NCBI GenBank assembly: GCA_040752695.1
Contig: JBFMGO010000005.1
Coordinates: 1-31,621 of the forward strand
Reading direction: 5' to 3'
Source of the DNA: a bacterium
GTDB taxonomy: Bacteria > SZUA-182 > DTGQ01
DNA: 31,621 bases
Shown: positions 1 to 8,344 of the stretch, in pieces
Layout: every line of letters begins with the position of its first letter
Position numbering within the stretch: the stretch's first letter is position 1
Position numbers and translations under genes: made by a program
The notes under the pieces: generated by a model
What the model saw: only the letters and a program-made list of their open reading frames with translations
Database searches by the model: none
What the model was told of the DNA's origin: nothing

Positions 1-16
1 ACAAGGGAGGTATAAC

Positions 17-520
17 TTGATCATGAATAATTTACCATCTCAACAGGCCGCTTTCACCTTAGTTGAAGTTTTGGTTATCGTCGCGATAATCGGAATTCTT
101 TCCGCAATTGCTGGACCAGATCTTTTAAACATGATGCCAGGAATCCGCCTGAACAACGCTGCTCAGCTCATTGTAAATGATCTCCAGTTTGCGCGAATGC
201 GATCGATTTCGACAACCAGGGAATATAGAATCAATTTTGACGCCTCTTCTGAAAGCTACCGGATTGAGGAAGGTGACCAATCAATCGGATCCACCTGGCC
301 GGGAACATTAATTGAGCAGGAGAGGAGACTTAATGACAGTTCCAATGTGTTTTATCAAAAAGGCATTGATCTGAATAGCGTAACACAAAATCCGGTTTTC
401 AACTCCAAAGGATTATGTTCAACCCCCTCAACGATTAAGATTCAAAATAACAGCGGAGGCAAAAAAAAGGTTGTTATTAATATGACTGGAGGGATTAAAA
501 TCTATGACGGATGGGATTAG
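17..520 (+). CDS. Type IV minor pilin / pseudopilin, FimT/FimU/GspH family
   Basis: Class III signal A|FTLVEVLVIVAIIGIL (Ala rather than Gly at -1, E5 present). FimT/GspH-type 'RLNNAAQLIVNDLQFARMRSI' helix and C-terminal 'FNSKG...INMTGGIKI'. SD GGGAGG lies 6 nt before TTG at 17; ATG at 23 is an alternative start. Confidence 0.88.
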   Translation: MIMNNLPSQQAAFTLVEVLVIVAIIGILSAIAGPDLLNMMPGIRLNNAAQLIVNDLQFARMRSISTTREYRINFDASSESYRIEEGDQSIGSTWPGTLIEQERRLNDSSNVFYQKGIDLNSVTQNPVFNSKGLCSTPSTIKIQNNSGGKKKVVINMTGGIKIYDGWD

Positions 521-935
521 AAAAAGCCGCCTGCACGTCCGCCAGTACTCAAAAAGATGTCTTTTGGCAGAAGAGGGATTTACCCTTGTAGAGCTCCTCG
601 TTTCACTGGCTATTCTCGCCCTTGCTCTTCGGGGAATTGGAAATATCATTGTAACCGCATCCCGAAGCAATGGCATGTCCCGTAAAATTACTTTAGCCTG
701 TAACCTCTGCCAGGCGAAGATTGAGGCTATCAAGGCACTGGGCTATAGTGCCATAGCCGACAGTCAGGAATGCGGTATTGATGAAAGGGGCGAATCTGGA
801 GGGGGCTTCGACCGTACCGTTACTGCGGTAACCGGCCCTGTGAGTGACACCAAATTGATTACCGTAACCGTCAGTTGGACCGATTATACCGGGCCCCGTC
901 AGGTTTCGGTACAGACCCTGTTTGCAGATTTGTAA
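504..935 (+). CDS. pilV: Type IV minor pilin, PilV-like
   Basis: G|FTLVELLVSLAILALAL prepilin motif, 'A..L.Q.KIE.IK' helix and 'F.RTV.V...K.ITVTVSW' C-terminus. Sits between the fimT-like and pilW-like genes. Confidence 0.8.
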   Translation: MTDGIRKSRLHVRQYSKRCLLAEEGFTLVELLVSLAILALALRGIGNIIVTASRSNGMSRKITLACNLCQAKIEAIKALGYSAIADSQECGIDERGESGGGFDRTVTAVTGPVSDTKLITVTVSWTDYTGPRQVSVQTLFADL

Positions 936-1016
936 TTTCCCTTTAACACGTTTTCCTGTGACCCGTTATTTTTCAGCCCCTTATCCCTTTTTATGATCGT
1001 TCTGCAAGGAGACGAT

Positions 1017-3485
1017 ATGCCTGAACCTTTTAAACTTTCCCTCTATCCAGACGCGAGCGGTTTCAGCTTTGTGGAGTTGATGGTGAGCATGGGCATTTTC
1101 CTCATTGTTCTTCTTGCAGCTTTTGAGGTTATCACTTCTCAGAAAGATACTTTTAAACAAGAGCAGGCGATGATCGAGACGTCCCAGAGTTCGAGGGCAT
1201 CCCTTGACATTCTGCTGAGAGAACTCCGTACTTCGGGCTATAAAGTACTCGAAGCCGACTTTCTCGGCTCCCTGTCCAGATGGATTTCCAGCGGATACCT
1301 GCCTACCAGCCCAAAAGATGTCGTTCTGTCTTACGGCACCTGCCCCATTTTTACGGAAGGTAATGGTTCGGAGCCGGATATGATCACCCTTTTTATGGCT
1401 GATATCAAAGAGAATACTCTTTTAGCTCACGTAGCCAGTGACTGCAATGTCATTATCCTTGACGCCAATGCTCCCGGTTTTTCCTGTAGCGGCAAATTCA
1501 GAACCGATGATATCATACGCATTGGCGATCATACTGAGTTTGCAAAAGTTATCGGTGTTTCTGATAACTCCCTGACTATCGATACCAACCCCTCATTACG
1601 GGGAAATCAGGGACTGACCTGCAGCTATCAGGCCGGAGTGCCCATAAGGGAAATCAATATCGTCACCTATACCGTGTTTAATGATGAAAATGATCCGACA
1701 AACCTATATCATACGGCAGGACATCCCGTTTTGAAGAGAAAACATAATGAGGCTGTCTATATGGATGTTGCTGAAGATGTGGAAGATCTTCAAATCATAC
1801 CAGCCACTTTTCCGAACTATAAGCTGCAGATCATTTCCCGGACCTCAACCAGGGGCAATTATACATCCGGTTCCCCGGACGGTTATAAACGGGTTGAATT
1901 GCTGACAGATTTTCGGTTACGTAACTTCATCGATAAACACTGCCTCCTGCCGGCAACTGTTGCAACTCCCTCATTGAGCGGTCTTGATGAGTCATATCCC
2001 TGCACTATCCATGTCAGTTGGGCTGCGGTTACAAAAGATTCACAGAACGAAAGCCTCTCAGCCGAATGCAGCATCAGTGAGTATGTCATTGCCTACGATA
2101 CCACACCGCAAACCCGCTCCCACTCTACATATACCAGTGATGGTACCAGTTGTGACATCGACATCAATGACATAAAAGATCCCAATCATCAAACATACTA
2201 TGTCAGTGTTGCCGCTGTCAATGCTGCCGGTTTAGGTGCTTTTTCTGCTGAAAGATCGATTACTGACACCCATCCCCCTTCTAGCGTCAGCAATCTGACG
2301 GCCACTGCAGATGGTCATTCGATCACCCTCAATTGGACCGCCGATCTGGAATGTGATGTGGTAGCTTTCCGTATTTATCGCAGTACTAGTTCCAGAGGGC
2401 CCTATACCTTGATCTTCGACGATCCGAACTTCATCGACCATAATACCGAGACTGAAGGTCTTGATTCCTATACCTACTGTGATACGAACCTGCCCTGCCA
2501 CACCTATTACTATCAGGTGAAGACCTTTGATGATAAATTCGAAAGCACCAGTTCTCCGCAATCTTCTTATTCCATAGTCGATAATGATCCTCCTGAAGTG
2601 CCGACTGATTTTTCCTATACGCCGTCAGCGAACAGCATGGTAGACTTCAGGTGGAACCTGTCACCCGATGATCCATACTTGAATCCGGAAGAGAATTCGG
2701 GAGATAACGATGTGAGGGCCTACCGCATCTTCGCCCTTGACGGAGTGGTTCCGATTCTCCTGAACACCTCTGTTATTCCGGCAGGGCAGAATACAGCGAG
2801 TCTCTACTCACTAGGATACCACAGCTTTGGCATTAAAGCGGTCGACATTTGCGGCAATACCAGCGATCTAGTCGCCCTGGCGGATGCCTGCCAGGACCCG
2901 CCGCAAGTCGTTTTCATCATACCTTCCTCTGGTGACACCCTGTCAGGAAGCTCGATTATCAATGGCACTGCATCTTCATCTCATCCACTCGACTGGGTCA
3001 AATTAAAAATCGGCGATGGACCATGGATTCAGCTCAATGATACGAGCAACTGGAGTTACGAATGGGATACCTCGTCTATAGCTGACGCGAACTATGCCAT
3101 TACCGTACAAGCCCACGATAGTGAAGACTGTCTGGGAAGTGCCTTCATCACTGTCATTGTTCAAAACTCAACAGGACAGGGCGAAAATGAAGCCCCTGAT
3201 CTGGATGTAACTCCACCTTCGATCAGTAATGTCGTGGTCACATCATCCGGTCGCGGTTGGGTGGACATCGTTATAACCGCTACCATTACTGACGATTCTG
3301 GAGTCTCATCCGTAACGTATACCTGTAAAAATAATGGGAATATGGTGAGAGTTGATGAGATGACCCATATTGGTGGTGACTCTTACCGGTGCACCTACGT
3401 GCGACATCAAAATGACACCTATTCCGTTACCATATCTGCTACTGACGGAGTTTCCAATACAGGGACCTATACTACCACTGACTGA
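1017..3485 (+). CDS. pilW: PilW-like minor pilin with a long C-terminal FN3 and Ig-like extension (~822 aa)
   Basis: G|FSFVELMVSMGIFLIVLL, PilW-like 'RASLDILLRELRTSGY' and 'VAEDVEDLQI...LRN' ending near 1930. FN3 motifs follow (IHVSW...YYVSVAAVNAAG; ITLNW...FRIYRS...YYYQVKTFD; FRW...YRIF...KAVDICGNTS), then an Ig domain (W.YEWDTSS..D..Y.ITVQA.D) and a DVTPPSI Ig domain. SD AAGGAG precedes ATG 1017; the ORF track starts at 993. Confidence 0.82.
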   Translation: MPEPFKLSLYPDASGFSFVELMVSMGIFLIVLLAAFEVITSQKDTFKQEQAMIETSQSSRASLDILLRELRTSGYKVLEADFLGSLSRWISSGYLPTSPKDVVLSYGTCPIFTEGNGSEPDMITLFMADIKENTLLAHVASDCNVIILDANAPGFSCSGKFRTDDIIRIGDHTEFAKVIGVSDNSLTIDTNPSLRGNQGLTCSYQAGVPIREINIVTYTVFNDENDPTNLYHTAGHPVLKRKHNEAVYMDVAEDVEDLQIIPATFPNYKLQIISRTSTRGNYTSGSPDGYKRVELLTDFRLRNFIDKHCLLPATVATPSLSGLDESYPCTIHVSWAAVTKDSQNESLSAECSISEYVIAYDTTPQTRSHSTYTSDGTSCDIDINDIKDPNHQTYYVSVAAVNAAGLGAFSAERSITDTHPPSSVSNLTATADGHSITLNWTADLECDVVAFRIYRSTSSRGPYTLIFDDPNFIDHNTETEGLDSYTYCDTNLPCHTYYYQVKTFDDKFESTSSPQSSYSIVDNDPPEVPTDFSYTPSANSMVDFRWNLSPDDPYLNPEENSGDNDVRAYRIFALDGVVPILLNTSVIPAGQNTASLYSLGYHSFGIKAVDICGNTSDLVALADACQDPPQVVFIIPSSGDTLSGSSIINGTASSSHPLDWVKLKIGDGPWIQLNDTSNWSYEWDTSSIADANYAITVQAHDSEDCLGSAFITVIVQNSTGQGENEAPDLDVTPPSISNVVVTSSGRGWVDIVITATITDDSGVSSVTYTCKNNGNMVRVDEMTHIGGDSYRCTYVRHQNDTYSVTISATDGVSNTGTYTTTD

Positions 3486-3557
3486 TGGAAGAAGGTAACG
3501 AGTAATTCAACGTGACCGAACGCTGAAAAAGCCTGACAAAAGGAGAGAGGATCCGGC

Positions 3558-4601
3558 ATGCCCCAACTACCCTTTCCCGCCGATAACAGGGGAATAGCCC
3601 TGGTGACTGTTATGGCCCTCATGGCTATTCTCTTTTTATTAGGGTCGGCTGTTTTAACCAATACAATCGTCGAATCGAAGATCAGCCAAAACCACAAGCA
3701 GAGTATACAGGCACTTTATGATTGCGAGGCCGGTATAGCTGAGGCCATTTCCCATATTAAAAACCGCACTGCTACCCTGGACCAGGACGGCGACCCTAAT
3801 TGGATTTTAGCTGCAAACAGTTCCCCTGCTTTCCATTACCGCTATTCTATCAGCTATGATACCGAAAGCCGCATCTATACAATTATATCTCAAGGAAAAG
3901 ACGCTACCCTGACAGCCAATCGCAGGATCATTGCTGAATTGATACGTCCCTTTTCTTCAGGCGATATAAACTCGCCGGTTTATTGCGGATCTGGCGACAA
4001 CAGAGGGCAGCCTAATAGAATCAATGGGGATTCATCCTGCCCGGTATGGGCCGATGACGGTGATCCGAACAATAACACCAGTGCACCCTGCATTTCTACT
4101 CCCAATCCACGTGTCAGCGATACAGATCCTCTTGATTTTGACCAGGATCAGCTCATTACCTCGAATCCGGACAAGATGATGTACGATGTTCCTCCTATTA
4201 ATTTACAAGCTATGGCAGATTATTACAGCACCGTTGCTGACTTAACCAGCATTCCGAATGGGAATGGGGATATTGGAGCCTATGATGACCTCAAGGTGGT
4301 GTACGTAAACGGTTCTGAAACTATTGCCGGAAACAGGAACGGCTATGGCATTTTGGTGGTTACCGGCGATCTGCACCTTTCAGGGCAGCTCCATTGGTAT
4401 GGTGTCGTTATAGTCCTGGGAAATATCAGACAAACGGGCGGTGGTAGTCATGGTATTCAGGCTACCGGAGCGGTTTTGACACCGAATAATTTTTCAATGC
4501 GGGGAAATCCCGATATTCAGTGGTGTGACGACATGGTCCGGAAGGTGATGCAGGACGCAGGTACCCCCCCCTTCAGCATCTTAAGCTGGATTGAAGATTA
4601 A
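3558..4601 (+). CDS. pilX: PilX-like minor pilin with C-terminal beta-solenoid-like extension
   Basis: G|IALVTVMALMAILFLLG lacking E5, which is typical of PilX. 'ALYDCEAGIAEA' PilX-N motif, 'GILVVTGDL...GVVIVLG' repeats and an 'LSWIED' end. SD AGGAGAGAGG. Confidence 0.82.
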   Translation: MPQLPFPADNRGIALVTVMALMAILFLLGSAVLTNTIVESKISQNHKQSIQALYDCEAGIAEAISHIKNRTATLDQDGDPNWILAANSSPAFHYRYSISYDTESRIYTIISQGKDATLTANRRIIAELIRPFSSGDINSPVYCGSGDNRGQPNRINGDSSCPVWADDGDPNNNTSAPCISTPNPRVSDTDPLDFDQDQLITSNPDKMMYDVPPINLQAMADYYSTVADLTSIPNGNGDIGAYDDLKVVYVNGSETIAGNRNGYGILVVTGDLHLSGQLHWYGVVIVLGNIRQTGGGSHGIQATGAVLTPNNFSMRGNPDIQWCDDMVRKVMQDAGTPPFSILSWIED

Positions 4602-4666
4602 AGCATGTTTGCCCCAGTGGTTTTTGTAGGTATTACAATGCTCTTTGGTGTTTGTCATGCGCTTTC

Positions 4667-7600
4667 TTACGGCACAGGTTTCTTTTCCGTAGTGGCTGGC
4701 ATCATTTCCGTGCCCCCCCCGGCGCCAGCCGGTTTCATATCTTGTCCGGGCTTCCAATATTTTTGATGCCACTCCGAGGGGACATGATAATTCTTATACC
4801 TGAGGATAGCGTCAAATCCATGGCAGTCAAGGCAAATGGAAAAGTCTGCGCCACTATTTCTCAGAAAGCTGTTGCGCGGATCGCCTTCGATATTTTTCCC
4901 AATAGCCGGATACTCTGGAAATTCGGGATCCCACTGGTGAGCATTGTGGCAGGTGATGCAGGTTACAAAACCTACCGCCGATTTTTTGGCCTGCTTATCG
5001 TAGAGTGGAAAATAGGTCTTGTAATCCGTATTTCCCATCGTGCGGAATTGGGATATTTTCCCTGTATAGACAAAGGAACTGGGATGAAGACCGATAAATA
5101 CGCTCTTACTTTCAGCGCACTTACCCTTTTCATGACAGGACAGGCAGGTAGCCAGGGCGAGGTCGTTCTCCGGTGGAAGTTGTTTTGCCCAGAGCAGGGT
5201 TTTGTAGATACTATTATGAACAAGATGGCAGGCAGAACAGATACCTGATTGCTCTACGGTGTATCCCTGTATATTGACCTCCTTGTTTGCGAACAGGCTC
5301 AAGTCATGTTCACTCTTTATGACATGCTTTTTATCTTTGTGGCAGTCCGTGCACAGATTTTCCTTTTCCTTTTCATCCAGTCGTAAAAAGCTGCTGTGAA
5401 TATCCCCTTCCTGATTCCTCACGACAACCGTTTTCCCTTTACCGAATGGCCGCTCTTTGACGGCAGGTTCACTCTTTTGCAGCCGCTCGTCAGGAGCCCA
5501 CTGATGAGGATTATGGCAGGTGTTACAGGTTAAAAACCCTTTGGCAGAATTTTCAACCTTGCCACTCAGCGTGTAAAGCGGCAGTGTGGTGGCAATTCCT
5601 TTTTCCGCAAGGACCAGGTCTGTGGGATGAGAAAAATTCGCGATAACTTTTTTCTCCCCAACCCTGCCCTGACTGTGGCAGCTTGCGCATTCGCGGGTGG
5701 TGAGACTGAGGCTTCCGGCATGGGAGGGAAATTCCCTGGCCCACATATCGCCTGATGGAGCATTGTGAATTAAATGACAGGCAGAGCAGACCCCCGCTTC
5801 ACTGACCGTCTGTTTCTGAATATTCTTTTCGGTGTCAGCTACGAGGCCCATGTCATGATCGGTACCGACCACGCGGCATTCCTTCTGGTGACATTCCTCA
5901 CACAACTCGGGCCGGGGCAGCATGGACAGCCGAAGGAAACTGTCTTTTGCCGTTCCTTCAATGTTTTCTCCCGTCCCTTGCACCAGTTCACCCGGTGCCC
6001 ACTGGTGGAGGTTATGGCAGGAAGCACAGGCAACCCTGCCTTCCGGCTGCTTTGTGCCATCGGGTGCATAGAGAGGTAGTCTGATTTGTCCATCCGCCAG
6101 TTTAATACCCTTATCCATGGGATGCGTATGAGTGGAGATAACCTTCTTTTCTCCACAACACTTTTCCTTATGACAGGAAGTGCACAGTCGGTTGGCCAGA
6201 TCCCCTTGCAGCCCATCAACGGATTTTGCAAACATCAGAATCGATGTACCGTTATGGGCAAGATGGCAGGTGCCGCACAGGCCGGATTTACTGGGCAGGT
6301 CACCGGGATAATTCTTTTCCCTGGGAGCGATAAACCGCAAGTCGTGATCGGTTCTGGCTATATACTGCTGCTTCCTGTGGCAGTCAAGGCAGAGAGTGGA
6401 GTTGATATCGTTGACGATTCGGAGGAAACTATCGTTTCCATCTCCTTCCAGGTTCTTCCCTATCCCCATCCTTTTGAGATCCGGTCTCCACTGGTGAACA
6501 TTGTGGCAGGTAGCGCAGGTGACCAGTTTGCCCAGTTCGGAGGCAACTCCCATCTTGTCAAAGAGAGGAAGTGTGGTTTTATCTTCAGCCAGACGAATGT
6601 CCACTCCAGCCGGATGCGTGTAGGTGCCGACGAGTTTCTTCTCTCCGCAGGCTTTTTCCCTGTGGCAGCTTTCACAATATGCGGTTACGGGATCCTGGAC
6701 CTTTGGCAGCACCCTGGCCCACAGTCTGTTACCTTGAGCCTGATGCACTGCATGGCAAGCGCTGCAGGGGCCGGATTCAACACATTTTTGCTCCAGTGCA
6801 TTGAGATCTTCTGCGGCAGTGATGCGCAAGTCGTGATCTGTCTTTAAAACAGTTTTTTGGTCCTCATGGCAGGTTACACAAAAATCGGAATTTTCCGTAT
6901 TCGCCATTCTCAAAAAGCTGTTCGATTGTCCGCCTTCCACCATTTGTCCGGGACCCTGCTCTTTTTTCCCTGGGTCCCACTGATGGGGATTATGGCAGGT
7001 AGTACACAGGATTTTCCCCTGAGTACCCTGGGCGCAAGGGACCCCCAGTACGGTGTAGGTGGGAAATTCGACTTTTCCCTTCACCTTGGCAATATCCCGG
7101 TTAACAGGGTGGCTGTAGGTACCGGTCAGCTTCTTTTTGCCGCAGGAGTTCTCATTATGGCAGCTCTCACACATCTTCGATCCTGCATCGCCGTTCAAAC
7201 CTGACAAGGGCCGAGACCAGAGCCGGTACTTTTCTGCATTGTGAGGCTGGTGACAGGCACCGCAAATACCAGTCTGAGAGCCTACCTTGGTTGAAAAATC
7301 AAGCTCCGTTGGTGCTGACAGAGTAAGATCATGCTCGGTTTTCACCACCAGATTTTCCTGCTGATGGCATTCGATGCACAGCGGGGATTTTCCCCCCTTT
7401 ACGAGGATCGAAGTCTCTTTTTGTGCCCCGTGCGGAGAGTGGCAGGTCAGGCACAGAATTTCATCCTTCGCTCCGGTAATGAGCTTTGTACCTTCACTCC
7501 ACTTCTGAGGCAGATTGGCTTTTGGAACCACATCCACCGGATGGGTGCCCATTCCAATCCCTTTCCCTTTCATACTGGGATTGGGTGTATGGCAAGACTC

Positions 7601-8332
7601 GCATAACTGAGCATTCCATTCTCCATCGGTTTTATTGGGAATGACCAAAAGGTTTTTATCGATACTGCCATGAACCGTATGGCAGGACTCGCAAATGACC
7701 GTATCCTTTTCCACACCAGATCTGCCGTAATTATCCAGGATTCTGACAGGGATCGGTAATGAGTTGACACCGATGGGGTGATTGCCCGCACGTGGCCCGC
7801 CATCTTTCCCGATGTGGCATTTGAGGCAAATTTCCGAATTGCGGTTTGGAAACCGAAGGTAAATCGATTGCTGGAAGCGCAACTCATCAGCAACACCGTG
7901 GGCTGTGTGGCATGTGCCGCATACAATCTGCTTTTTCTCTCCCAGAGGCATCTCAGGCGGAACGGTCACTTTTTCCGAAGGCACGATATTCACCCGGTGC
8001 CCCCGCTTGGCCCAGAACCGCTCCCGCGAATCGACCAGGATGCCATTGTGGCAGCTATAGCACATCATCTCATCAGCGGCATCTCGTTCTTTCTGATATT
8101 CGACCAGGTCAGTACCACGGCCTTCATAGTAGAATTGGTCCAGCCACCGGAAATGACAAATCGCGCACTCCTTGGCAGAGTTGGCAACCATCTGTGCATT
8201 TACTTTCGGAGTCAAGGCCAGAAGAAAGGATAAAAGCCAGACAACGGCACCATAAAAACCTGAAGGAGGTAATCCCTGGGGACACCTCAGGGAAGAGGGA
8301 AAAACAGCCTGTTTTAAACGATCATGAGACAT
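4667..8332 (-). CDS. Secreted 28-heme cytochrome c: 8 N-terminal hemes plus five tandem OmcE-like tetraheme modules
   Basis: 28 CXXCH counted by hand. Sec-type signal (VVWLLSFLLALTPKVNA|Q). Five repeats of HD[LM]...CxxCHxxH...CxSCH...HP...CxxCHNxHQW...SFLR...CxxCH. Confidence 0.93.
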   Translation of the reverse strand: MSHDRLKQAVFPSSLRCPQGLPPSGFYGAVVWLLSFLLALTPKVNAQMVANSAKECAICHFRWLDQFYYEGRGTDLVEYQKERDAADEMMCYSCHNGILVDSRERFWAKRGHRVNIVPSEKVTVPPEMPLGEKKQIVCGTCHTAHGVADELRFQQSIYLRFPNRNSEICLKCHIGKDGGPRAGNHPIGVNSLPIPVRILDNYGRSGVEKDTVICESCHTVHGSIDKNLLVIPNKTDGEWNAQLCESCHTPNPSMKGKGIGMGTHPVDVVPKANLPQKWSEGTKLITGAKDEILCLTCHSPHGAQKETSILVKGGKSPLCIECHQQENLVVKTEHDLTLSAPTELDFSTKVGSQTGICGACHQPHNAEKYRLWSRPLSGLNGDAGSKMCESCHNENSCGKKKLTGTYSHPVNRDIAKVKGKVEFPTYTVLGVPCAQGTQGKILCTTCHNPHQWDPGKKEQGPGQMVEGGQSNSFLRMANTENSDFCVTCHEDQKTVLKTDHDLRITAAEDLNALEQKCVESGPCSACHAVHQAQGNRLWARVLPKVQDPVTAYCESCHREKACGEKKLVGTYTHPAGVDIRLAEDKTTLPLFDKMGVASELGKLVTCATCHNVHQWRPDLKRMGIGKNLEGDGNDSFLRIVNDINSTLCLDCHRKQQYIARTDHDLRFIAPREKNYPGDLPSKSGLCGTCHLAHNGTSILMFAKSVDGLQGDLANRLCTSCHKEKCCGEKKVISTHTHPMDKGIKLADGQIRLPLYAPDGTKQPEGRVACASCHNLHQWAPGELVQGTGENIEGTAKDSFLRLSMLPRPELCEECHQKECRVVGTDHDMGLVADTEKNIQKQTVSEAGVCSACHLIHNAPSGDMWAREFPSHAGSLSLTTRECASCHSQGRVGEKKVIANFSHPTDLVLAEKGIATTLPLYTLSGKVENSAKGFLTCNTCHNPHQWAPDERLQKSEPAVKERPFGKGKTVVVRNQEGDIHSSFLRLDEKEKENLCTDCHKDKKHVIKSEHDLSLFANKEVNIQGYTVEQSGICSACHLVHNSIYKTLLWAKQLPPENDLALATCLSCHEKGKCAESKSVFIGLHPSSFVYTGKISQFRTMGNTDYKTYFPLYDKQAKKSAVGFVTCITCHNAHQWDPEFPEYPAIGKNIEGDPRNSFLRNSGADFSICLDCHGFDAILRYKNYHVPSEWHQKYWKPGQDMKPAGAGGGTEMMPATTEKKPVP
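4820..7345 (-). repeat. Five diverged intragenic tandem repeats (~490-550 nt each) encoding tetraheme modules
   Basis: Units begin at KTEHDL (~7345), KTDHDL (~6850), RTDHDL (~6357), GTDHDM (~5867) and KSEHDL (~5318). Each unit carries four CXXCH, HQW and SFLR. Confidence 0.9.
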
Positions 8333-8344
8333 GGATAAATTTCT

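Noticed and set aside
2478..2501. CDTNLPCH in PilW as a heme site (a heme-bearing pilin)
   Set aside because: CX5CH spacing inside an ordinary FN3 strand (Y.DT.L....TYYY). The protein has no CXXCH, and disulfide Cys are more likely.
4602..4666. Bidirectional intrinsic terminator between the convergent operons
   Set aside because: No convincing GC-rich hairpin flanked by T tracts.
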